Of a stretch of DNA of 64,000 bases, positions 51,128-63,532 are shown in pieces (position 1 is the first letter of the stretch; each line of letters starts with the position of its first letter). Source of the DNA: Phoronis australis (taxonomy: Eukaryota; Animalia; Phoronida); NCBI GenBank assembly GCA_002633005.1, contig NMRA01000002.1, positions 3,075,181-3,139,180 on the forward strand, given 5' to 3'. The notes beneath the pieces are model-generated. The model did no database searches. It saw only the letters and a list, made by a program, of their open reading frames with translations, and was not told where the DNA came from. The translations under genes and the position numbers were made by a program.

Positions 51128-52587
51128 GTTCACTGTTTTTTTTTTTTGCATTTGGCGCGCTAACTTGTCCCTCTGGCTCTGCTTTGAGTGTGGTTATTGC
51201 AAACTGAACTGTGAAAATGCCCATGTCTGATGCCGTGATTGCTCTGACTACTTCTCTACATTGTGGTTTAGTTCAGATCAACCGATGGCAAACGCTGTAG
51301 CGGTAGATTGGTTGGTGACTGGTGGTTATCTGCGGAAGCACTTTCTTGAATTCAGATTAAATAAATAATGAAATACCACAGACATGATGCCCAACAAAAA
51401 TTGGTCTAACCTGGCAATAAACTGTCTTTTCTGAAGTTCTATGATCCTTTACTTGGCCATTAAGTTTGCTAAAACTGGGATTACGAAAGAACAGAATCTT
51501 CGTAATTTTCAGTGCCTTGTAAGCTGAGACACTGAAAATCATTCATTTGTAGTTGTTATTATATCTCTCTTTTTGTGTGGCAAACTCTTACAAAGTTCTG
51601 CATCCCTAAGTAGCCCTGGTAGTTAATTGTTGTGTTGTTTGTACGATGTAATATGACATCATCAGCAGACTTTGCTTTGCAACTTTCCGTTCTTGTTAAC
51701 AGTGCTGCTTAGGTAATGCCAGTGTTCCTGTATTTTTGATACTGAAATTATAAAGTCTGCTTCTCAGTTTTATTTAAATAAAATTCGTGTATGTTTTATT
51801 TACATGATCCCAATGAAAATGTTTGGACATTGTAATCATCAAGAGTGTCTATTCACTACTTGCACAAATTCTCCATTATACTTGAAAATGAGGCGTTATG
51901 CCCATGGTCCCAGCTACAATGGTTCTGTATGTTTGGAACCCGCATACTTTTACGTTTGCATTGTTAGAATTGATGCTAAAACGAGGCATTGTGTCCGAAA
52001 CAACAATCATTTTTGCAGCGCCACCAATGTGTGCAAGTAGTGAATGGGTACATGTAAATACCTAAGTTATTCTTTGCTATCTCATCATTTTCCTTCCTTT
52101 TTATTGGTAGGTCTTCCAGCAACGTTCCCTTTGATTCCTGTTCCTGATTTTGAGAGCCAGTTTCATCCACTACAGGTGTTATTCAGTGGTTTCCTGGTTA
52201 TCAAAATTACAAGCCATCAAAAGGGACTTCTGTCAGTCTACCTGCACTCAACCCTCAATTTGTATGAACCATCTCACTGTTTACAAGTTTTGTTATGCAT
52301 GGTTGGGGCCCTGGTCAGCTGATATTTACTGATTGGTTCATGTTTGGTTCCTTGGAACACAACATGAACACTAATGTCTCACTTATGGTTCTCACTACTC
52401 TGCTTCTATAAATAGTGAACTTGCCGTCGGTTTTCATGGTGCTTCCATGGAACCTCTGTGGAAGTGTAGTTGCAGTAGGTAGATCATGTTTTATTTTGGT
52501 TAAAAATATTTTTTACTCGCTGATTTAGAAAATTTGCCTTAAGTTTTGAATTTTAAAAATGTACACCATTTGCCCGCTGAATTTCAG

Positions 52588-52741
52588 TGATTCTTATGAA
52601 GCTAAGGAGAAAATCATCAAGAAATATAATGTTAAAGAGCAGTGTGATGCCGATGTTGAAAATGTTGAAAAACAACAAGATGTTGTTGATGAAAAAAACC
52701 AACAACGAAATGTGATGAATGAAGACACATCTCTTGTGACA
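52588..52741 (+). CDS. Glycerophosphocholine acyltransferase-like, coding exon 2
   Basis: Acceptor atttcag, phase 2; DSYEAKEKIIKKYNVKEQ...TSLVT; strong phase-0 donor aca|gtgagt. Confidence 0.7.
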
Positions 52742-53339
52742 GTGAGTATCATTTGTTATTTATGACTTTTAATATTATGAGTGCACCACGGTGAAGATCT
52801 TTAAGCGTAATGAAGTTGAGAAGATATTGTTATGACTTTCCAAGCTACTCCGTCTGAGGCATGCGTGACTGGCTACTGGATTTCAGAAGCATTTTGTGTT
52901 ATGTTAACATTGTTTTTTTTTTATTGTTGTTCCCATCCTGAAAATCCTGAAAAGTGACAAAAAAATTTCCATTTATGGAGAACTTGCGTGAAATAGAAAA
53001 TGGTAAAAGTTTCAAAAGGTAAATAGAAAGCCTTTGTTTTGCGTGTTACAGCATGAGTTCAAGCACTGGTTTTTGCTCTGCAATGATTTCTGAGACTAAT
53101 TCTTGTGGTGAAAAACTATTTATAATTCATGGAAATTTAAATTATGTCCCAGAAAAGTCTGAAATCCTAGTTTGAGTGGGAACCATGTTTTTGCATCAAG
53201 CTCTTACCTGTCTTGTGATTCAGTTGATTAATTGATTTGTTAGTTATTTTGTAATATTGATTGACTATAGAAATGATAATACGATTTACTGTGCAATGCA
53301 ATGCAATACAAATCAATACAACGCAGCACAACACTCTTA

Positions 53340-53340
53340 G

Positions 53341-53400
<60 letters not shown>
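53340..53400 (+). repeat. (GACA)n microsatellite
   Basis: About 15 gaca units with two aaca interruptions. Confidence 0.95.
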
Positions 53401-54104
53401 TAAAGTGAGGAATGCTGTAAAAATAAGGTAAACAATCCTTTTCTTTGTTACTAGTTCCGTGAATACAAAGAACTCAACTTGCTGTTCCAATGTCTTCAGT
53501 AAATGATGTAGATCAGTGTATCTAGCTGAATTGCCCATTTGTAATTATAGTTTCCCATTTTTACTTTATTTGATCTCCTAAATATGGCGGACATTCTGTT
53601 TCTTGATAGTTAGATCCATGGATATGTGATTTACCTTATTTTGCCAGCTTTTGAATTAAGGTGAAATTTGTCAACTTCCGCGCAATTTTTTTTCTGGAAT
53701 ATTAAAAGAAATATATCGATATTTTTCATTGGTACTCATGTAGCATTTTTAAAAATACTTTTTATTAGTTTAGAACACCATTTTTCCTTAATTAATAAAA
53801 TTAAACAACCACCAAAAATGAAGACTGATGGTGTTTGAGAGAGGAACTTTGCTGGCTGATCTCTGTTGTTTGATAATAAATAAGAACTCTGAAGCACACT
53901 TCCCTCCATATAGAGAGTTAAATGCTTTAGGTTTTTAGAAATTCACATTCAAAGCAAAAAAATGACAATTTTCTCAAAAAATGGTGTCACATGATTATGA
54001 ACAACTGTTCTATGTTTTAGATATTCATTAAGACTTTTTAGTTGTCAACGTTTCAAAAAATATCGATTACTTTTAATGGTTGAATGTAGGCAGTTGTGAT
54101 AGTA

Positions 54105-54381
54105 CAGTAAACATTCTCCTATTTGGGACATTGAAAATATAATTATTTTAATCAATGTCAAAGCTAATGTACCAAATTCTAGAAATAGACAATATTGGTA
54201 CTCTCAAATTCAGGAATCACCAGCAAGTTGGCAAAATTACCCATCCTGTCACACACTGTTCAAAATTTGAAACATATGGGGAACGTCGAAATCACCCTTG
54301 TCCCAAATTCTAGTGTCAAGAAAATTTAGGGTTTCCGTGTCCCAAATGCTAGAGACATTCCCAAATTGTAGATTTTTACTG
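54105..54381. mobile_element. Degenerate Tc1/mariner-type MITE
   Basis: ta|cagtaaa ... tttactg termini; internal atttgggaca / tgtcccaaat motifs repeated; right-hand TA not preserved. Confidence 0.5.
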
Positions 54382-55776
54382 CTGTTGATGAAACATGAAA
54401 GAACTTCACAAAAGTTGGCAATGACCTTAACTTCAACACCATATTGCAAGTGTAGAAGATGGCTAATGATTCTAATGTATAATTTAACTACCTCTATATA
54501 ATTACCCTTAGTATCATTTCTTGTAGCTCTGTGGTCCTCTTAAGAAAGTAAGTACAAGGTGTTACTCTATTCCTAGAGCGAAGCGTATTTACGTTGTTGT
54601 TGTTTTATACTGTATGTGTACGCTATGCTGCTTGTAAAGAGTTGTTCATTTCCCTTCACACTTCACAACACTCACTGCTATGAGATAGGTAGGTTGGTTG
54701 GTAAAGTATCTTATTTTCCTCTTATCATTCCCAGAGCGGGTTGTTGATACAATAGGTGATTATGTTGTATTTACGACTGAAAAAATAATTTATTTGTCAG
54801 ATGTAAATTTTTCGAGTCATGCTTGTATTTTGTGGGTCCGTCACAGGAGGGGAAGCAAACTATTTTAATTTCAGCCTAATTGTTGTTATTGTTGTACATA
54901 ACTGTTATTATTGTTGTTATTGTGTTGTGTCTGCTGCTTAGTCCTTATGCCTAATAGTAACCAGGGGTGATTCATCATGGCAAAATTAGGATGGTACACA
55001 GGCCAGGTAAGGTGGGCGAAAATTGTTTGGTGAATGCAAAAACAAACCCGCTGCTTTCTCAGATGAGAAGTGATTGTTAGGTTTGAACTAAATTGACTGT
55101 TCATTATTCGTTAAGACATGCTTAGCGCATAAAATGACAGGCTGTGACAAGCCAACTTGTAAAATTTGATCTCAAGCAATAATGAACTGTCAGTTCTTTC
55201 AACGCTCTGATATCACCTTCAATTTGATTAATCAGAACAGTTTGAGAACAATTATGATATCAATAAGTGGTGTAAATCAACTTGTTTCTGTGATCGAAGG
55301 CAGGATTGTAGCTGCTTTAAAGTAATGCTGGGATTAAAATAAATTTGTGTATGTACCGGATTGGAACCAGAAGTCTTTGTTTTGTTGATGGATGGACAAT
55401 TGGAATTATATTGGAAAGATGGTTGAAAACTGCTCATCCGTGATATTTCATACATGACAATGAAATGTTTAAATAGTTTTTGATCTACTCTGATAAAATA
55501 AAATAGGATTTTGTGAGTTGCGAAACAGTCATATTTTACCAGAGATTGGATAGCTTGCTAATTCCAGATATTACCGATTTTGGTTCACTTTATTTCCAGT
55601 GTCCATAACATCTGACCTCGTGACCTGGCCTCATGATCTGACCTCGGGGGTAGATTTCAATTAGACAAGGAAGAAGTAAATCTCCACTCTTTTTCCTGTG
55701 CCAGATGAGTCATAGAATTGACAAAAAACTAAAAAAATCAGCATATTGGTAAACATTATCTCTGTATTACTTTCAG

Positions 55777-55937
55777 GTGTTTAAGGACAACACATTGATT
55801 GAGAAAATAACCTTCTTCATCTCCGTGGTAACCTGCCTCCTATTGGCTCATGCACTTGTCAGTATGCAATGGCTCCTCCCATATTACTACACAGTAGCGA
55901 CACCTTTCCTGCTCACAGTACGAGCAATACAGTACTG
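55777..55937 (+). CDS. Glycerophosphocholine acyltransferase (GPCAT/Gpc1, DUF2838-type), coding exon 3
   Basis: Acceptor tactttcag, phase 0; VFKDNTLIEKITFFISVVTCLLLAHALVSMQWLLPYYYTVATPFLLTVRAIQYW; donor tg|gtaagt, phase 2. Confidence 0.88.
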
Positions 55938-56028
55938 GTAAGTGATTGAAGACCAGCTTGTGTTCATTTCTGTTTCTTTGGTTTGGGTAAACAAATTTCG
56001 GATGAGATGGCAAAAGTGGTAAGTGAGG

Positions 56029-56528
56029 CATCCTCGTCCCCAAGCCTCCAGATGGCGCTGATTGGTTTAGCCATTTGAGGCTTGGCTATGGGAAATGAAA
56101 CGTGTCAGAATTCTGACACATTTTTACAGAAATCGCTGGAATATCACGAGCAATATAAACTTATACAAACTTTGAAATTTTCTGCAGTGTAATATAAAAA
56201 TGAAAACTAACGGTATATTGCAGCAATTTTGATCTAAATTATCGCAAAAATGATGTATTTTGGTTTGAAAACAGGTTAATTTCTATCATACTATTAATAA
56301 AAAAATTGAAAATAAGTATGCCAACAATCTTTATTACAAACAATAACCGAAAACAGACCTTCTGCTTCATGAATGGTAGCAACAAAGCCTGTCAAAATAA
56401 TTAAAATCTGCCTTTGTTTTGAATGACGTCATGGCAGCGGCCATTCATTGTGCAGAAGGTATTTCCCATAACCAAGCTTCAAATGGCTAAAGCGATCAAA
56501 GCCATCTTGAGGCTTGGGGATGAGGCTG
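56029..56528. mobile_element. ~500-bp MITE, copy 2 (inverted relative to 26758-27257)
   Basis: catcctcgtccccaagcctc.agatggc ... gccatcttgaggcttggggatgaggctg; interior is the reverse complement of copy 1; degenerate 9-bp flanks taagtgagg / cgagtcagg. Confidence 0.85.
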
Positions 56529-57944
56529 CGAGTCAGGATGTTTTGCTTGTCGGTCTATAGATGGCACTATCACTCTTTATTTTATTCAATGGAATTTGTC
56601 AGGTTGTGATATTCTGAGACTTTTCACCAAAAGTGTTTACACACGTAGAACTTGTAATAATATAAAAAGTATTGGAGACTTAGGAAGATTTTCTTTAATG
56701 GAGTAAACTGGACACTAAAGTCAACATGTGGTGCTGGTACAGCAGACGGGCATTTTAGGGGTTTAATTTACTGCAGCATAACGTAGAATTGTCGTGAGGT
56801 CTTGACAGGGACCTCAGGGGTCTGACACTCCACTGATTTATCCACATTATTTTGAAAACGCTTTGCCCAGTCAAACATTGTGTGTCATAAAAGTGACAAG
56901 CACATCTGCAGCTGCAGACAGAGCAAGTAGAACTACTCTCGTTTATCACATTGGTGTAGACTCATAGTTGAACTGTGGTTTTCTGTTGACCTCAGATCGT
57001 CCGGAGTTGCACCACATACCAACTCCGGACGGTCTCTCACGACGATTTAGCGTTATGGTCTTCATCAATTAGCGGCACTGCTGTTATTTTTCAAAAGTCT
57101 GTGTTGTGGGATGGTTTTCGGTTCGTAAATATCCAATGACATCACAGATAACTTGCTGACGGTAAACAACAACTATGTCGAAAGACAACATTTGTTACTG
57201 GACTGCACCAGAATTGAAAGCACAGGTCCGCTGCAACAAGCTTTTTGGTACGTGTCCGACGTAGCAATCGTCATGTAGAAATAGAAGAAAGTGAGCCACT
57301 ATATGTGACATCGATTCGTAAATAAGCAAATCTGTGGCGCGAAAGATACTCAAGGGACATCATTATCCTGAAGATAAAACTCATCTCCTAAAAGGAAATT
57401 ATGAACCTTGTCACTGGATGGTTACGAGCCCTCAAAATCACAGCAGTCGATATCTCTAATTGAGGGGAATTGGGCTGCCACAAAATGAGCGATCACCAAA
57501 GGAGCACTAATAAAATCTTCAATATCTTGACAATGGTATGTCATAGAAAAGCATTTCGCCAAGTAAAAGGCAGCAAAATAAAGGTAACCGCTCGAGTAAA
57601 AATTTAGGATACATTAGTCACTTTTTTCTCATTTTTCCATAAACAATATATAACCCAAATTAATGCTTTTCCATATTTTAAGTGATGCACCATAGCTAAC
57701 CCCAGAATATATATAGTTTCAAAGTTTAAGCATTCTCAACAATTCTAGACACCCTTGTAAAATGAAAACGGGGCAATTTCGACAATCGTTTTTGTCCAAA
57801 ATTTTTTTGTTTGTTGAGTGCGTTCAATCTCCAGCTTTTGTTGCAGTAATGTGCATGGTTATGCTTTGTATGTATGCATATGAACATGGGAAACCTGCTA
57901 ATGACAAATGCACTGAGGCTTAAGCTTGACTTGTTTTCTTACAG

Positions 57945-58016
57945 GAAATGGAAGTACCAGTTTTTTCTCTTGGATTTTTGTTATTTTGGTAATGTGTTGA
58001 TGCTAGTATACTTGTG
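57945..58016 (+). CDS. Glycerophosphocholine acyltransferase (GPCAT/Gpc1), coding exon 4
   Basis: Acceptor ttttcttacag; KWKYQFFLLDFCYFGNVLMLVYLW with the family motif (Y/F)FLLDFCY..N; donor tg|gtaaga; phases 2/2. Confidence 0.92.
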
Positions 58017-58506
58017 GTAAGAATTCACTTTGTTCTTCTGTGGTTGGTTGCGTGAAACAGTCGCCATAGGTGCTTAACTATGTTCCCTAAATTTTTGCGT
58101 ATTTGTTTTGTTCATAACTCACGTATGTAATACTTTTCTATCATTTTGTCTTTTTTATGAGCTCGTCTTTGACTGATGACATTTTCTAATAATATAACTG
58201 AAACTGCGTCCTTAATTCAATCAAAATAGTTTGGGGCTTAGTCCTTCAATTAAAAGCGTTGCTTGAACTATAGTACTTATGTTGAATAATACTGGTAAAT
58301 TGACATAGAGCTCAATCTCGATTTGTATCAAATCCAAAACTGGCTTAGTTAGTACTGAGACTCAAACATCATAAGAAAGTACAATCAGTGTTTTCACAAG
58401 CCTGCAACTGATTTAGGGAACTTGGTTGAGTTTCTATTTGGGACTGTTTCATGCAACTGGACACTGGGTCTCATTAAACTTTAAATGACTATAAACATAC
58501 ATTCTA

Positions 58507-59903
58507 CACGGGTGAGAAACAACATGACCGCAGGTCCACTTAAGTCAGACCAACTCACCCAAAACAGGACCTCCGGGGATCAAATGGGACCACCGCACCA
58601 GAAAATGGGACTGACGCACCTAAATATATGACTGCCCCACCACAAAACAGGACCGCCGGGGACTGAACATGACCTCCAGGGATTGAAACCACAATGACAA
58701 ACAAGCTAAGATTTATTACCGCTAGGCCTACACAGATCATACAATGGAGCTATACGTATGCATATGCAGGTCTTGTGCCGATTAATCCAACGAAATCTTT
58801 TGTGCGCTACAGGACACTTCGCTTTGTAACACGTGGCACTTTTGAGTTTTAACCACAAACCAACCACGTTGCACGCTTTTGAGCTAAATAATGATAACTT
58901 TAACCACTGCGTAAGTTTTAGAACAAAATGAAAATTGTTTTCTCCAATTTGACATTTTAGTCAAGAAAAAAGGCGTTCTGATTCTCGGGTGAAGCATCAT
59001 CATACGTAACTAGCCTTTGTGGCGAACATGTAAAATCTTTACCGAATTAGTGTTAATAGCGACACTCTTCCTTGAGTAAACTAAATTATTTATCGGTGCT
59101 CGCCGGGAAAAAATGTCGTCCTGTCGTTATTCTGCTGCTAAAATTGAGATGCATTCTTTTAGGGCGACTAGTTCTTTTTTTCACCGATTCTTCAGAGAGA
59201 GCTCTTCTTCTCTTCTAAGAGGCTGCGTACATGGCACAACAAAAATCGGAACTGGTTTCATTTCGTCATAAGTTTTTAGTATTTAAATGCCAGCAAACCG
59301 AATTTCAGAACAAAATCGTGCTGTTGCGAAATTGTGTCATCATCTTCCGAAAGATGTCACAAAATTTTAGGAAATCGCGTGCTCGTGTCACGAGCGCGAC
59401 AGACTTTTTTGTTACAATAGGCAAACAAGTGACGTTCATTAGATTGTTTTTCACCCAAGCGACGCAACCTGCAAGGTGAGTGTTGAATGACTCCTAGATT
59501 TTGCATGCGCCTGCTCTGGTCACTAGCTCGATGTTGACTATGAGTTTCTAGACGAGGTGACGAGCAGAACTATACCCGGGCTGTGGGAAATTGCGGGGAT
59601 GTAACGGAGCTCAATAACGCAGTGCTACCAAGCTTTATTTTGGCGATAGTCTTTACACAGCTAGCTGACCGGTGACGTCATAACCCGCAGTATCATACAA
59701 ATTAAGGCATTGATAACTACATATTGTCCGGCGGTCATGTTCAGTCCTCGGCAGTCCTGTTTTGTGGTGGGGCAGTCATGTTTTTAAGTGCGTCAGTCCC
59801 ATTTTCTGGTGTGGTGGTCCCATTTGATCCCTGGCGGAGGTCCTGTTTTGGGTGAGTCGGGGCCGATTTGGAGGACTGGCGGTCATGTTGTTTCTCACCC
59901 GTG
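58507..59903. mobile_element. Non-autonomous DNA transposon with ~170-bp TIRs, CAC...GTG ends and probable 5-bp TSD
   Basis: cacgggtgagaaacaacatgaccgc... / ...gcggtcatgttgtttctcacccgtg (first 25 bp perfect); flanks ttcta / ttctg. Confidence 0.9.
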
Positions 59904-61786
59904 TTCTGTCCACGAAGCGAACTTTTGATTTTACATAGCGTACTGTTATAAAACTGTCTTTAATGTGTTCCTTACTCAGTTGGGAAGTGGTGTCTGGGAT
60001 TGTAGATAATTTGCTCTTTATTATTCCTTAAGATTAAGCTCTAGGCATATAATGTGGTGCTGTGACTAGCCACTTATAGAGCCTGGTCTCAAACAATAAC
60101 AAACAATCAATTCTTTAGAACCCCCGAAATCAAGTCGAATTTCACTGAGGAACAATTGGAGACCAATTTCATAACAGTGTTGTCTAAATCAAGAGTTATG
60201 TGTTGGAAGGTGGTTTTATAGCTGCTATAACAAATTCAAAAATCTTTCTGTAAACAAATCCTCCAGCACATTTATACACATAGCTTTCAGTTTTCTCCAC
60301 TGAATAACGGGCGTCAAACTGATTCTCAAAATACGGGAACGTTGTATCCAACTGTTGCCCTCTTATTAATAATTTATAGAAGATAATTAAGAAAACTCTG
60401 ACAGGATTTTTGAAATTTCATCAAAAAATTGTTGTATTATTGCCGGACACTGGTGTTTGTATGCTATGAACATGGTACATTTCGTTTTTGTTAATATTTA
60501 TGAGAAAGACATAGTCACATGACCCAGTCAATCGGAGGTTGGCACAAAGTCCTAAATTAAATTATACACAGCACTTAGTACTTTTAAAAAATGTCTAGTA
60601 TGCTTTTGCTAGTTGTAGTTTCATGCAAGCAGCTTCAGAGGAGCCTGGTGTGAAGTTAGCCAAATATCTGTATAACTGGGTTTTAACTCAGTAAAAGTAT
60701 ATATTTTCAGACACTAGAAAGTCTGTTGAATTTGATTTTTGAGTTTATAGCAAACTGCCATTAATTGACTGTGATGTCTTTTAGAAATATGTAGTGAAAA
60801 TAAAGGTACAATCATAGCAAAATAATGGTATCAATAACATGTCTAAATTTCGTTTGATATAAGTGCTCAAGGTGAAATGTCAAAAAACATATTACAGTTT
60901 CTAAAGTATCATTTCCTTTTCGCTTGATGCAGATTTTGATTTTTCTTTTCGTAAAAATCACGGAAGCCCGACTTTTGTTAGGAACGTATGCAAAAGTGGA
61001 ACATTTAAATAACATCTCCTCACAGCATTTTGGAGAACACTGCCTAAAGCGTGATATGTGAAAGTTTCGTTAGAATCGTGAACCTACCATCATGTTCCCA
61101 AGTTTGCCACATTTTTAATGGCCCACGTAACCTTAACAAATTTGTCAGACAAAAGGACTGCAGTTTTACCAAATCCAGAATGTGAACAAAGTTTTTTTTT
61201 GATTTTCTCCGCCATTTGTGAAACAATTTCTGTTGATCACTTACCTGTTGAATTATAATTGAGCCAATAGCGTCATGAAACTGTCCATCGCCACTTTTTA
61301 CCCAAATTCAAAGTGATTCTGATTTGGAGTTTAAGTCTTTGACAAGGTATGTCTTTCAATGAAAACCAATTTCCACTTCTTCATTTACCATCGATAATTG
61401 CACCCTTTCCAATGAAACAGAAATACAGAATTTGCAGGTTTTAGCCCTAGCGTTCATCCTTTAACGGGCAACATTACTTGAATGTGAAATAGGTCATAGG
61501 ATTTTCACCTAGGTTGTAATAATTATCTCCAAAATTTATTTGGTTCCCGCTCAGTTTTAGCCTCAGTTGATGAGAACTACTGTACGTTTCTGGCATTTAG
61601 TAAAAAGTTGTGTTGACGACTGTTCTTGTCACACTTTAAATCAAACTTGGGGTAATTTTGATTTTTTTACAGTTTTATGTCTCATATTAAAGAAACTCAA
61701 ATGTAAAAAAGTTTTAATTTACTCTTTTTATTTCATTTACTTTGTCACTATTTGATAACTGTTAACAACGACCTCTGTTTTTACAG

Positions 61787-61948
61787 GACATTCCCGTCAT
61801 CACTCAAATTCTTCGGTGTTGTCTTCTCTTGCGCCAACGGACCCGTGCTAGCTGGCATGATTGTCTTCAGGAACTCACTGGTTTTCCACGACTATGACCG
61901 ACTTACCTCATTGTTCATCCACGTGCTTCCAGCTGTGCTGTCATTCAC
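61787..61948 (+). CDS. Glycerophosphocholine acyltransferase (GPCAT/Gpc1), coding exon 5 (3' boundary tentative; gene continues)
   Basis: Acceptor tgtttttacag, phase 2; TFPSSLKFFGVVFSCANGPVLAGMIVFRNSLVFHDYDRLTSLFIHVLPAVLSF with hallmark GP...RNSLVFH..D..TS.FIH..P; candidate donor ac|gtgtgt. Confidence 0.92.
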
Positions 61949-63230
61949 GTGTGTTTATAGTTCCGTCTCTTCTCATAATTGTGCAAAAAATTTACAAACC
62001 AACATACCGGTACCTTCTCCCAAAAATCGTTTGACTTACCTCAAAATCCAACTGCTGACTGCGGGTTTGGTAACTGACCCAATTATGTTGCACAAACTGC
62101 AGAATTAATGAGATGCAGAATACTGGCAACATTGGTCCAAAGTTTTAGGTTGTAAAAATTGTTTGTTTGATTTTCAAAACTAATAAACTTAAACCTGTAC
62201 TTTTCGCGAACTATTCAAATATCTATTTAAAAACTTTGAAAACAAAAATTAAAAGTACTTTTTTCACCCTAGTGTGTTTATGATGGGTCTGATTACCTAC
62301 ATGTAGATTACGATCATCAACAGCCTGTGGCATTCAGAGGCAACGTAATTGCTTACAATTGCATGGTGTCTTTGATCATTGCAGCAGATTTTGTGGTACG
62401 CAAACCACAAGTTGCTCAATCTCAAGCGGTGAGGGTGTCAATGTAGAATTCTTTTCATGTGAGAAAAACCTACTCTTGATCTGTTCCATTCACTGTAGTT
62501 ACAAAATCTATCTTATCTTGTTCCTTACTGATTCTGGGCTCAAGAAGAATTGACAGGTCATTATGGGTCAGACCAGACCAATAAAATTGCATGTCGCCTG
62601 GAGGGGGAGGAGTTAGTTTCAGTGGCCAGGAGGTATGGCCAGTTTCAGTTCAAACGCAAGTTATGAATGCAATAACATTTAGGAAGTGCAAGTTGACTTT
62701 TCAAAAGGTCATTTTAGGTGTTAAAATACTGGAACATGATTTAGTGGTTCAAACATAATAGCTTTCCCTGCAGTTAATTTTCAAAATCACGAACTTACTG
62801 CATTGTTAGCTCTTGTGAGGCTGTTTTTATGTTCATTGTTGAAATTTTAGCATATGGTATTCCAAACATGTGACCCAAAGTTAATATCCTAATTCTGTTC
62901 ATTAGTTATCACTGTAAAAATGTAGAAATTCATTCTCGACTTGGCGCAGCAACTGAAAAAATCTAGTTATCCGTGGACTTGCCAAAATGCAACCATTTTT
63001 GTTTTCTGTCAACTGTGGCATAATTCCTGATTTTTATATCACCCAAACCAAGCTCTGAAATTCCTGAAATGAGGATGACACCATTAATTCCTGGTAAAAT
63101 TGTTTCATAGTGCTGGAATTGCACAGTGTTTTTGTGAACAATTTTGAGACACCCTGTATGTGTCATGTGGACCCTTTACTTATTTGTGTACTTTATAGTA
63201 TTATTGTCCTGTAATAGTCTGTTATAGCAC

Positions 63231-63293
63231 CCGCATTTTGAGAACTAGTTTTCACTAGTGAATAATGGACATCAACTAGTTCTCAAAATGCGG
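63231..63293. repeat. Short foldback with perfect 20-bp arms
   Basis: ccgcattttgagaactagtt ... aactagttctcaaaatgcgg. Confidence 0.9.
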
Positions 63294-63532
63294 CCATGTT
63301 ATGTCAGTCTATTGCGTATTGTCCTGTGTCTTGACGATTTGCTTAGTGCCAAGTATTGAGCCTGATACTGATTTCAAAATTAATTTCTTTATGCCCTACA
63401 TCCCATTTCTCAACCAGCAGCTGTGAAATGCTTATTGGTTGGGATAACCAGGCACTAACGAGTGCCTGGACTTTCATGGTGGGCTTCTTTTGTTTCTGAA
63501 TTAGAGACCAGGCGTCCATTTCAAGAAACTCA

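Noticed and set aside
58172-58212. ctgatga...gaaac..gtc resembling a canonical hammerhead core
   Set aside because: No stem II or stem I pairing can be formed
62320-62432. Candidate next GPCAT exon (acceptors near 62323 and 62384-62387, donor gtgagg ~62429)
   Set aside because: Phase-compatible translations do not give the expected conserved RW motif; left unassigned
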